From assembly GCF_000022265.1 (NCBI RefSeq), contig NC_011979.1, forward strand, positions 3,330,001 to 3,362,000: a DNA stretch of 32,000 bases, given 5' to 3'. Origin of the DNA: Geotalea daltonii FRC-32. Lineage in GTDB: Bacteria > Desulfobacterota > Desulfuromonadia > Geobacterales > Geobacteraceae. The translations under genes and the position numbers were made by a program. The notes beneath the pieces are model-generated. The model was not told the origin of the DNA and did not search any database. It saw nothing but the letters and a program-made list of their open reading frames with translations. This document shows positions 25,172-32,000 of the stretch, piece after piece. The first letter of the stretch is position 1. Each line of letters begins with the position of its first letter.

Positions 25172-26220
25172 TTATCCCCAAGCCTCCTTGTCGCCAGTCC
25201 TATAGCAACAGTTACAAGAGGACCTATTTCTCTCAGGTATTCAGGATCAAATTCTTTTTGATCATACCTTACCTTCGAAAAGGGATTAAGTATTTCTACT
25301 GGTATACCCAGTTTCTGACTGACTGTTTCTGGTAACGAAGCAGATTTTGCTCCACCACCACTAAGATAAACCTTACTTATTTTGCCTTCTCCGGCAGTGG
25401 AATTATAGAAGTCAAGGGATCGTCGCATTTCAACGGCAAGTGTGTCATTTGCACGAGCCAAAACGTCTTTCAGTCTGCCATCATCAGCATCTGATTTAGC
25501 GATCTTCATTCTCTCTGCGTCTTCATTGTTAACACCAAATTGCTTTTGTATTTCCTCGTTAAACAGGGAACTACCGAGTTGAACATCGCGGGTAAACAGA
25601 GAAATTCCGTCCTTGACAATATTCATGTTCATGACGCTGGCACCTATGTTGACTAAAGCATTAACCTCTTCTGGGCTAACATCGTAGTTAAGCTCAAATG
25701 CGTTCTGAACAGCAAACGAGTCAACATCAACAACTGTAAGTCTCATGCCTGCTTCAGTGAAAACGGCCAGATAATCATTAATGATATCCTTTTTGCTAGC
25801 CACTAGAAGCACATTCATTTTGGAAGAATCAATATCATCTGGGGCAATGATCTGAAAATCTATATTAACATCGTTGATATCAAAAGGAATATATTGTTCT
25901 GCTTCCCAATGTATTTGTTCCTCAAGTTCTTCAGCAGGCATAACTGGTAAAGATATTTTTCTTATGATTACTGAGTTCCCGGAAATGGAACACGCCGCTT
26001 CTTTTGAAGTTATTTTCAGACTATCTATAAGAGTTTTGATTCCTTCAACTATTGAAGAACTGTCCATGAGAGTATTATCTACAATGGCCTCGGCGGGCAG
26101 TGGAATCAGCCCAACATTCTGCAACTGAAAGCTTCCTTTCTGCACCTTAAGCTGTACCAGCTTTATAGAACTGGATCCGATATCTACGCCAACAATATCC
26201 TTCTTTTTGGTAAAAAACAT
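25168..26220 (-). CDS. pilM: Actin-like ATPase-fold pilus assembly protein PilM
   Basis: 350 aa with the motifs VGVDIGSSSIKLVQL, IVDVDSFA-like (VVDVDSFAVQNAF) and YLSGGGAK. Confidence 0.95.
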   Translation of the reverse strand: MFFTKKKDIVGVDIGSSSIKLVQLKVQKGSFQLQNVGLIPLPAEAIVDNTLMDSSSIVEGIKTLIDSLKITSKEAACSISGNSVIIRKISLPVMPAEELEEQIHWEAEQYIPFDINDVNIDFQIIAPDDIDSSKMNVLLVASKKDIINDYLAVFTEAGMRLTVVDVDSFAVQNAFELNYDVSPEEVNALVNIGASVMNMNIVKDGISLFTRDVQLGSSLFNEEIQKQFGVNNEDAERMKIAKSDADDGRLKDVLARANDTLAVEMRRSLDFYNSTAGEGKISKVYLSGGGAKSASLPETVSQKLGIPVEILNPFSKVRYDQKEFDPEYLREIGPLVTVAIGLATRRLGDK

Positions 26221-26239
26221 TGTCAGTCCGCCTTCGTAG

Positions 26240-26440
26240 TTATTCTTGAAATACTTTATCTTTGTCCGATAGTGAAAATCCGAGTGCCAATATTATTTTT
26301 CTCTTGGTTTCCATACGACATTCTTCCCCACGCTCTATACGATCTATGGTAACAGGAGAAACGCCGGCCAATCTCGCTAGCTCAGCTTTGCTCATCAATC
26401 GCTGTTCACGTATTTTCCTGACACAGTTCTTTACTCGCAT
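26240..26440 (-). CDS. Small XRE-family helix-turn-helix protein, first cistron of the pilM operon
   Basis: 66 aa. The HTH_3 pattern is IREQRLMSKAELARLAGVSPVTIDRIERGE. It ends 19 nt before the pilM start. Confidence 0.8.
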   Translation of the reverse strand: MRVKNCVRKIREQRLMSKAELARLAGVSPVTIDRIERGEECRMETKRKIILALGFSLSDKDKVFQE

Positions 26441-26473
26441 TCCTTTTTCCTACTTCCGGTGAATTTTAAACAA

Positions 26474-26501
26474 AAAATAACACAAAAGAAAGTAGAGTCA
26501 A
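26474..26501 (-). promoter_or_regulatory. Weak sigma70-like promoter candidate downstream of the riboswitch terminator
   Basis: On the minus strand, TTGACT (26501..26496), a 16-nt spacer, then TATTTT (26479..26474). It lies about 30 nt upstream of the xre ATG. This is a pattern match in AT-rich DNA only. Confidence 0.25.
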
Positions 26502-26571
26502 GAAATTAATCTCTTTTCTATAAAAATAAATACAATTATATATAATTATGTCATTTGACTACTTTTGACGC

Positions 26572-26613
26572 AAAAAAACCGGATCGCCTATTCATGATAT
26601 TTCGGCAACCCGG
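26572..26613 (-). terminator. Intrinsic terminator (riboswitch expression platform)
   Basis: Minus-strand RNA forms CCGGGUUGCC (26613..26604), a 15-nt loop, then GGCGAUCCGG (26588..26579). That is 10 bp including two G.U, followed by UUUUUUU (26578..26572). The 5' arm is also the conserved 3' box of the aptamer. Confidence 0.75.
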
Positions 26614-26680
26614 CTGTCTGCTTGAGACCCTATAGGCTTTCCGCCCCATTCTCGCGAATGGTTTAGTATTATCGTTATCG
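26598..26680 (-). promoter_or_regulatory. GEMM-I class (c-di-GMP-I / 3',3'-cGAMP) riboswitch aptamer
   Basis: The minus-strand RNA is CGAUAACGAUAAUACUAAACCAUUCGCGAGAAUGGGGCGGAAAGCCUAUAGGGUCUCAAGCAGACAGCCGGGUUGCCGAAAU. Aligned by hand to the Vc2 aptamer as I remember it, it shares four elements. These are AAACC plus a hairpin CCAUUC-GCGA(GNRA)-GAAUGG, the G-C-x-x-AAAGCC junction, a second hairpin, and the GCCGGGUUGCCG box (Vc2: GCGGGGUUACCG). Confidence 0.65.
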
Positions 26681-26712
26681 TTATGTCAAATCTATACCTT
26701 ATCTACACCATT

Positions 26713-26728
26713 TGCAGACAGTGTGCCA
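26713..26728 (-). promoter_or_regulatory. Sigma54 (RpoN) -24/-12 promoter candidate
   Basis: The minus strand reads TGGCACactgtCTGCA against the consensus TGGCACG-N4-TTGCA. The GG and GC have canonical spacing. The predicted TSS near 26702 lies about 35 nt upstream of the aptamer core. Confidence 0.55.
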
Positions 26729-26859
26729 AAGGGCCCATTCACCTTAAGAATAACGCCATATCCTAGGATTATATTAAACTTAGCGCTCAATTGCATAAAG
26801 TTCATGAATGCCTGATGGAAGCATCGTATAATATTGATAATCATTATTGCAACTAAACA

Positions 26860-27498
26860 CTAGTAAGCATAAAGGACCGAGAGGCGAGCACGTTCCTTTG
26901 CATTGCTCTCGGCCTCACTTTCCACCTCGATACGATATATATAAGGAAGATGTGGTACCCCTATCAGCGAACCACCTGGGTTGTACGCCACTCCGATCGG
27001 ATCGATAAGCTTTTCTCCATTTTCAGCACCTCCGCTGGATGTATCAGTATTGCCAGCAGTAGTGTCGACTATCTTGGAATTAACGACAAAACCGGGCATG
27101 GACGGCATCCCTTTCAAATGGAAGGTGACATCTGGGGACACTTTGGCATTAGGGTCCGAGTTCGATGTGATGCAATTCGTCCATTCCGATGTGGAGAACC
27201 TCAATTTCTGTTGCAGGCAAGCGTTGGTTACTGGGACATCAAGATTAATTCCGCTAAATTCTGACATAAGTCTATTTGTAGAGTATCCGCCAAAAATTTT
27301 AGGAATGATATCTTTAGCAAATACCTGAACGCCGCCATGTGCAGCTTCTAGAGATGTTTTGTACCTTTTGTTGGCAGCGGATATGTAGGTCCCTTGAGTT
27401 ATGTAATATAGAAGAGTTAGACATATGACCAGGGAAATCAGCGTCAGCATAAGAGCTGTCACTAGGGCCACACCATTTTCATTTCTAAGACACCTCAT
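26860..27498 (-). CDS. pilX: PilX-like minor pilin (PilX_N type, no Glu5)
   Basis: 212 aa. The N-terminus MRCLRNENGVALVTALMLTLISLVICLTLL matches the G-[AV]-x-L-[IV]-x-A-L hydrophobic PilX N-domain pattern. AGGTGG lies upstream. It is the last gene of the minor-pilin operon. Confidence 0.72.
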   Translation of the reverse strand: MRCLRNENGVALVTALMLTLISLVICLTLLYYITQGTYISAANKRYKTSLEAAHGGVQVFAKDIIPKIFGGYSTNRLMSEFSGINLDVPVTNACLQQKLRFSTSEWTNCITSNSDPNAKVSPDVTFHLKGMPSMPGFVVNSKIVDTTAGNTDTSSGGAENGEKLIDPIGVAYNPGGSLIGVPHLPYIYRIEVESEAESNAKERARLSVLYAY

Positions 27499-27574
27499 TT
27501 CACACCACCTTTATGCTTCTCCTGAGGAAATCACTCTCTATTTAAAAAAGACATCAAGTTTACAACGTCTGAAC

Positions 27575-28759
27575 CTAATCCAGGTTAGTCGGCTTGATGG
27601 CAAGCGTATATATCTTCCACCTGTAATTCTGCCAATCAGGACCAAATCTGGCTGCCAAGTCAGCCGCACTCCAGATTCTGCCGAAAGAGACGGTAAAGGC
27701 AGGATCACCTACCACTAATGCCTTGCTTGTATCATTCACTGGATAGATAAAGTTTCTATCCCTGCCTCCTTCATGGGCAAGTATATAGACTCTAACTCTC
27801 TTCAAGGACTCTCTGATTGTCTTGGCAGTATAGCCATCGAGGTTCTTAGCATAGGTGATGTTGCCATCGTTCAAAAGATCGAGCTCGAACGCCACTTGCA
27901 TATCACCTACGCAGTCGAGAAGTGGGTACTGAACGAATCCACCTGTAGTATGTACGGCTACGCCCTTGTAGAGTACTCCTGTTCCTGGATTACAGGAAGA
28001 AGGAACATTGGAAGGCCTGTTTACATAAAAATCAGCACGGTTATATGGCATCCTCAATGGCTTATCATCGATACCATAGACAGTGAAAATCTGTGACGGG
28101 GTGACTGGTTTATAAGCGTCAGTCGCCGGGAACAGGCCAGCATAACTATAATAAAAGGCGGCACCGTCATTCGCCAGTTGTCTATCAATGGTGCCGGCTT
28201 TTTGGTTGGTGATGTTGATAAGGGTAACAACATTCTCACCATTGACAAAGTTATCGCTCAGGGTGCTCCACTGTTTTATATAGCTCTCGTTGGTGGCAAT
28301 CCCACCTGATTCATTTACGGAATAGTTGACGAAACTCCATTTTTTACTGGTTGCATTAATGGAGGCCATCGTAGATTTGACCACAAGATAGTCAATGCCA
28401 GTGGTCGTGCTGGTAGCGCTGGCTATGGCTTTTGGAATTTTATCAGGGCCCAGGGAAACCATATCGTTGAATGAATTAGAATCAATGCCATCGGCAAGAA
28501 AGCCTGCAGTAACATCGACTTCGGGATATGTCAATGGACTGCGGAAGGACCACGGAAGACCATATCCTGCATGTTCAATATCAAAGCGCATCAGGTTAAG
28601 ACCCACTTGCCCCTCGATCTGGGTCTCCACCGATCTGGACTGCTGTCCTGCAGTCTGAGTGATCTTTTCGAAGGCCGAAGAACTTATCATGATGACCGTA
28701 ATGAAAATAGCCATCACAACCAAAAGCTCTACAAGCGTATAACCTTTCTTATTCGGCAT
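27575..28759 (-). CDS. pilW: PilW-like minor pilin (large, 394 aa)
   Basis: I place the start at ATG 28759 (MPNKKG/YTLVELLVVMAIFITVIM) with GGAGAA 7 nt upstream; the track starts at 28807. It has a class III prepilin signal with Glu5. Confidence 0.72.
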   Translation of the reverse strand: MPNKKGYTLVELLVVMAIFITVIMISSSAFEKITQTAGQQSRSVETQIEGQVGLNLMRFDIEHAGYGLPWSFRSPLTYPEVDVTAGFLADGIDSNSFNDMVSLGPDKIPKAIASATSTTTGIDYLVVKSTMASINATSKKWSFVNYSVNESGGIATNESYIKQWSTLSDNFVNGENVVTLINITNQKAGTIDRQLANDGAAFYYSYAGLFPATDAYKPVTPSQIFTVYGIDDKPLRMPYNRADFYVNRPSNVPSSCNPGTGVLYKGVAVHTTGGFVQYPLLDCVGDMQVAFELDLLNDGNITYAKNLDGYTAKTIRESLKRVRVYILAHEGGRDRNFIYPVNDTSKALVVGDPAFTVSFGRIWSAADLAARFGPDWQNYRWKIYTLAIKPTNLD

Positions 28760-28809
28760 GATACGTTCTCCGACATAATTTGTCACTACAGTGCCCCATA
28801 TGGTCACTA

Positions 28810-29220
28810 TTACTTGGATTTAATGGACACAACCTGATGATGGAAAGAGGATATATTCTTAAATTTCCATCTTATATCGACAATCAACTGCTTCGAGTCC
28901 CCAGTCAGGTTTGAAACGATCTGTTTGACCGCATAGGTACTACTAAAACCAGGTCTCCTGCTGGAGACTTGGGTGGTTTTCTCTGCGCTGGTAAGCATGG
29001 CAAAAGGCTTTGCTTTCATGGCATGCATGGTGACTTCCCCTATTTCCACAGCCTCGTCCCGCATCTGATTCCGCAGGTTGTGTTCGGTAGCGAGGATCAC
29101 TGTCTGCAACAGCCCAAGAAGACCGACTGTCATAATCAAAATGCTGACCATAACCTCAATAAGGGTAAACCCCGAATTATCTGGTTTTGATATCGTCTGC
29201 AACACAAGCACCTCCTTCAT
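28810..29220 (-). CDS. pilV: PilV-like minor pilin
   Basis: Prepilin motif ...SKPDNSG/FTLIEVMVSILIMTVGLLGL. The start is ambiguous: ATG 29220, or GTG 29205 / TTG 29202, which lie 5-8 nt after AAGGAGG. The track start at 29289 is unlikely. The gene overlaps the fimT 3' end. Confidence 0.78.
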   Translation of the reverse strand: MKEVLVLQTISKPDNSGFTLIEVMVSILIMTVGLLGLLQTVILATEHNLRNQMRDEAVEIGEVTMHAMKAKPFAMLTSAEKTTQVSSRRPGFSSTYAVKQIVSNLTGDSKQLIVDIRWKFKNISSFHHQVVSIKSK

Positions 29221-29680
29221 CCCGCTTACCCAGTTGAATCCGGGCTGCCGACAGTACAATGCTGTCAAGGGCTGCGGGATTACCGCCATCTAAAATGCAG
29301 ATGCTCCTCCCACCTAATCCAGGATTAGATAATAAACCATAGGAATCGAAATTTAATTGCCCGGAGGAGCCATTCCAGATCATGGAATACTTAAAATCTT
29401 TCTTAAAAAGGGGAGGTACAGAAACATTGCTGGAGGAATAAACAGAATAAGCCGAGGAGCTTATGATCACCGAGCGGGGTTGCCTAGTGAACATGGCTTG
29501 CGACCTCACAGTCATTATATCTCCATGAAGCATGCGGACCTGGCTCTCAATAGATGATTTCCTGGAGTAATGGGTGAACTGCAATGTGGCAATGGATAGC
29601 AAAACTCCGGCAATAGCCATGACTATGAGCAATTCAATAAGGGAAAATCCATGGCTTCGCATCTTAGTGCTCCTGAACAT
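29177..29680 (-). CDS. fimT: FimT/FimU (GspH-like) minor pilin
   Basis: Prepilin motif MRSHG/FSLIELLIVMAIAGVLLSIA followed by the GspH-type segment SIESQVRMLHGDIMTVRSQAM. An alternative and perhaps better start is ATG 29662, with AGGAG 8 nt upstream and 1 nt after the pilY1 stop. Confidence 0.8.
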   Translation of the reverse strand: MFRSTKMRSHGFSLIELLIVMAIAGVLLSIATLQFTHYSRKSSIESQVRMLHGDIMTVRSQAMFTRQPRSVIISSSAYSVYSSSNVSVPPLFKKDFKYSMIWNGSSGQLNFDSYGLLSNPGLGGRSICILDGGNPAALDSIVLSAARIQLGKRDEGGACVADDIKTR

Positions 29681-32000
29681 GGAGAATCCTTTTTAATGGG
29701 TCAAGACCCACGTTAGAAACAATTGGAGGAGCATCTAATGACGGTTTGCCAGTCATTCCAGCCCCCATTCTGCGCCCTTTTTTGTCGGTAAATGCAGTGG
29801 GCAAGTCAACCTCCTCAAAGCTACCTGTAGAAACCTGGACCAGGGCCTTTCCTACCAAGCTGCGAGAAGGGACAGCCAGACCAGTGTAATAATTGACAGC
29901 CCATAGGTAGGAAGTACCGCCAAAGGAGCAGATGTCTTCAGTGGGTTTGAAACTGGTAAAGTATACATTGCCGCTAGTAACCGCAGATGGGTTGGTAATT
30001 ACTCTTTCGCCATTAAAGTTGTTTCCCGCAAGATCCAGGTTGATGTACCATCCTTTGTCGCCCAGAAAGGACAATCCATTTGCAGTGCCTGAGGTCTGGT
30101 CAGTCAGATCGGAAAGAGAAAGTGATGCACTGCAATTGTTGTCATTAATGTCCCCTCCCGTGGTTTCTGTACCGTCCAGGTGGGTGACAGGGTCTTTATA
30201 ACAGGGCTCCTGAATGCCAAATAGCCGGCGCTGCTTTGCAGCATCAGTACCTGGATCGTCACCGGGATAATAGAAGCGACCGGTGCCGAAAAAGAGATAG
30301 AGATTTTTGCCCTGAAGGGTGGCGATGCTGGTGGTAACCGGTCCGATACCATCCATGACCCTACTGACCTGCCACTGGGTCGGAGGGTTCAAGGTTGACG
30401 GATCGGTATTTTCAGGTATCACAACACGTAAAACCCCGCCGTCGGCCCAGCTACCATCAGCCGCCTTTTTAACATAGCCAACATAAAGGGCGTCGTCCTG
30501 ATAGTTACCAGGTGCCCCAAGACGAAGTCTGTCCGTGTCGACCACATTGGAAGAAAGAGAACCGGCAAATGCATTGGGGACACCAGTATCAATTTTCCAG
30601 TAGCCGGCACCAGGTCCCTTCTCAAGGTCTACAACGAAGAGCTGCAGGTTCTGATCCGACACTCCCTTGAACTGGTGGCTGGCAGTATCTATGGGACCAG
30701 TGGGTCCAGAAGCAAACACAGCAAGCCAGCGGCCATTGGTGTTCGGGTCAGCAACCCCGCCGGTGCGGCCATTAATCTTGATAATTGCAGGCCCAGAGGT
30801 GGCAAAACCCAAGGCAGGGTCTGAGAATTCCCATAGAAGTTTTGGTTTATTTGCCAGAGTGCCACCAGGCGAGGTGAAGTACTGCTCTGTTATATCAAGG
30901 GCGAAATAGGAAGAATATCCCAACCCTTTACTACCATCTGCTGGGTCCATGATGGGAGTCTTAACACAAGTCCCTGCGGTAACCTTGTCCGTGCAGGTAG
31001 TTACCTTCTCAGCCTTTGAGGCGCCGCCTATTCCCATTCCTCCGATCAGTACCGTTTTCCAGCTGCTGACATCTTTCTGACAGTTCCAGTAATCGGAAGT
31101 TGAACAAGTGGTAGGCTTTGCAGTACTGATGTCGAAGAGGGAAGTGCTCCCGTCCACGAAGTAAATATGATTGTAGCTGGGTTCAGCCAGATACTTAAGA
31201 TAAGGCAAAACATTTTTGGGAACATAGGCCCACTCCTCATTTCCCAGATCCTCGCCGGACAGTGTCGCCAGTTTCGAAAAATTCTCTGTTATCTCCAGCT
31301 TGCCCAATTTAAAGGCATGGAGCATACCATCATTGGCCCCCACATAGACCATGCCCCTGTTCTGATAGCTGTTCGAATAAATAAAACCACTATTATTGGA
31401 GTAATCCCCATAGCTTTTGTCGCGATAGCCTTTCGGCTCCTTTAAATTGTAACTATTGAGAGGGACGGTGGATTGCAACCGGGGTGTAGAAGAAACGATA
31501 TCCCCCAGCTTCCAAACATGGCTTCCCAGAAGACTGCCATCCGGCTTATTTATGGAAACCGTTCTGCTCCGATAGGTAGGGGGATTGTCAACACCATGGA
31601 TATAGTTTATTACGCTTTCCGCCTCCCCCACTGTTGTCGCCTGAAGATAAGGCTGGAGCAAACTCGAGTTGTTGACTGCAGGGCTACCTGGAAAAAGGCT
31701 GGATGAAAAATTTATGAGGGAAGTACTATCAGTAGAGGTGTAGATTTTCCGCGGTTTGGCAGACAGATCCCTTTCCCAAAGCTGAAGGCCCGCCCGCCAG
31801 AGGCTCCTTACTGCATCCGGGTCAATTGTATCAAAGGTTTTTTCGACAAGTTTGGGATCGACAAACCTCCTGGCCATCGTTCTATCATCCGAACTAAAAA
31901 AGAACTGGATAACCTTGTCTTTGCTTAGATTGAGAACATGATCAAAATCAGAATCCTCCCTGATATTACTGTTTACAAAGTATGGATCAATGTAATACCA
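29664..32000 (-). CDS. pilY1: PilY1/PilC-family pilus tip adhesin, C-terminal ~780 aa (5' end beyond window)
   Basis: It carries the hallmark beta-propeller motif GMVYVGANDGMLHAFKLG. I checked every in-frame codon upstream of the track's Met (31877) to position 32000 and found no stop, so the gene continues off-window. Confidence 0.9.
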   Translation of the reverse strand, partial: WYYIDPYFVNSNIREDSDFDHVLNLSKDKVIQFFFSSDDRTMARRFVDPKLVEKTFDTIDPDAVRSLWRAGLQLWERDLSAKPRKIYTSTDSTSLINFSSSLFPGSPAVNNSSLLQPYLQATTVGEAESVINYIHGVDNPPTYRSRTVSINKPDGSLLGSHVWKLGDIVSSTPRLQSTVPLNSYNLKEPKGYRDKSYGDYSNNSGFIYSNSYQNRGMVYVGANDGMLHAFKLGKLEITENFSKLATLSGEDLGNEEWAYVPKNVLPYLKYLAEPSYNHIYFVDGSTSLFDISTAKPTTCSTSDYWNCQKDVSSWKTVLIGGMGIGGASKAEKVTTCTDKVTAGTCVKTPIMDPADGSKGLGYSSYFALDITEQYFTSPGGTLANKPKLLWEFSDPALGFATSGPAIIKINGRTGGVADPNTNGRWLAVFASGPTGPIDTASHQFKGVSDQNLQLFVVDLEKGPGAGYWKIDTGVPNAFAGSLSSNVVDTDRLRLGAPGNYQDDALYVGYVKKAADGSWADGGVLRVVIPENTDPSTLNPPTQWQVSRVMDGIGPVTTSIATLQGKNLYLFFGTGRFYYPGDDPGTDAAKQRRLFGIQEPCYKDPVTHLDGTETTGGDINDNNCSASLSLSDLTDQTSGTANGLSFLGDKGWYINLDLAGNNFNGERVITNPSAVTSGNVYFTSFKPTEDICSFGGTSYLWAVNYYTGLAVPSRSLVGKALVQVSTGSFEEVDLPTAFTDKKGRRMGAGMTGKPSLDAPPIVSNVGLDPLKRILHVQEH

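Noticed and set aside
26548-26568. Tiny ORFs in the pilX-xre gap, for example ATG 26548 encoding MSFDYF on the plus strand and MNRRSGFFASKV on the minus strand
   Set aside because: They are only 6-12 codons with no SD. The minus-strand one is simply the terminator hairpin sequence. An RNA-element interpretation explains the region better.
1-32000. Search for rRNA or tRNA genes, CRISPR arrays, transposases or integrases, prophage or defence-system genes
   Set aside because: Every intergenic gap longer than 100 nt (3571..3776, 5807..5934, 7354..7578, 16794..16905, 26441..26859) was read on both strands. None shows tRNA-like cloverleaf arms or spaced direct repeats. No ORF has recombinase, nuclease or ATPase motifs typical of mobile or defence elements.

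Overview
This 32-kb chromosomal segment carries 32 protein genes, 30 of them on the minus strand. The gene content looks like a Geobacter/Desulfuromonas-type deltaproteobacterium. That is an inference from a NifS/NifU Fe-S module, futalosine-pathway MqnA plus a long UbiD decarboxylase, a PxxKW-like Cys-rich protein, a [10 protein letters not shown]-tailed surface protein, and a GEMM-I-like riboswitch in front of pilM. The left part (1-16.8 kb) is housekeeping: DUF4124 (partial), HIT, TlyA, UbiD-family decarboxylase, nifS-nifU, phosphohexomutase, a small Cys-rich protein and a NUDIX hydrolase (the only plus-strand genes), mqnA, gcvH-like, accC, accB, Xaa-Pro peptidase, aroQ, a translationally coupled TPR + Roadblock/LC7 pair, aroB and aroC. 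The right part (16.9-32 kb) is a type IV pilus (T4P) region. It holds the minor-pilin operon pilY1(partial)-fimT-pilV-pilW-pilX, a 419-nt non-coding gap, then xre-pilM-pilN-pilO-pilP-pilQ. Two uncharacterised lipoprotein genes (195 aa and 1044 aa) follow pilQ without a break and end at a hairpin terminator just before aroC. Three things seem most worth a second look. (1) The 419-nt gap holds a sigma54-type promoter, a GEMM-I (c-di-GMP/cGAMP class) riboswitch-like aptamer and an overlapping intrinsic terminator, all aimed at the xre-pilMNOPQ operon. (2) The two-lipoprotein module appended to pilQ includes a giant protein with a lipobox, about 7 W-x-[DE]-x-R repeats, two Ig-like domains, a (GT)n linker and a Cys-initiated [11 protein letters not shown]-terminal domain ending in a TM helix and KRK. 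I consider this module the best candidate for an undescribed pilus- or secretin-associated surface system. (3) The TPR-Roadblock pair is wedged into the aro genes. I saw no rRNA, tRNA, CRISPR array, IS or transposase. All coordinates and motifs come from hand reading, and family names come from memory and need HMM or covariance-model confirmation.
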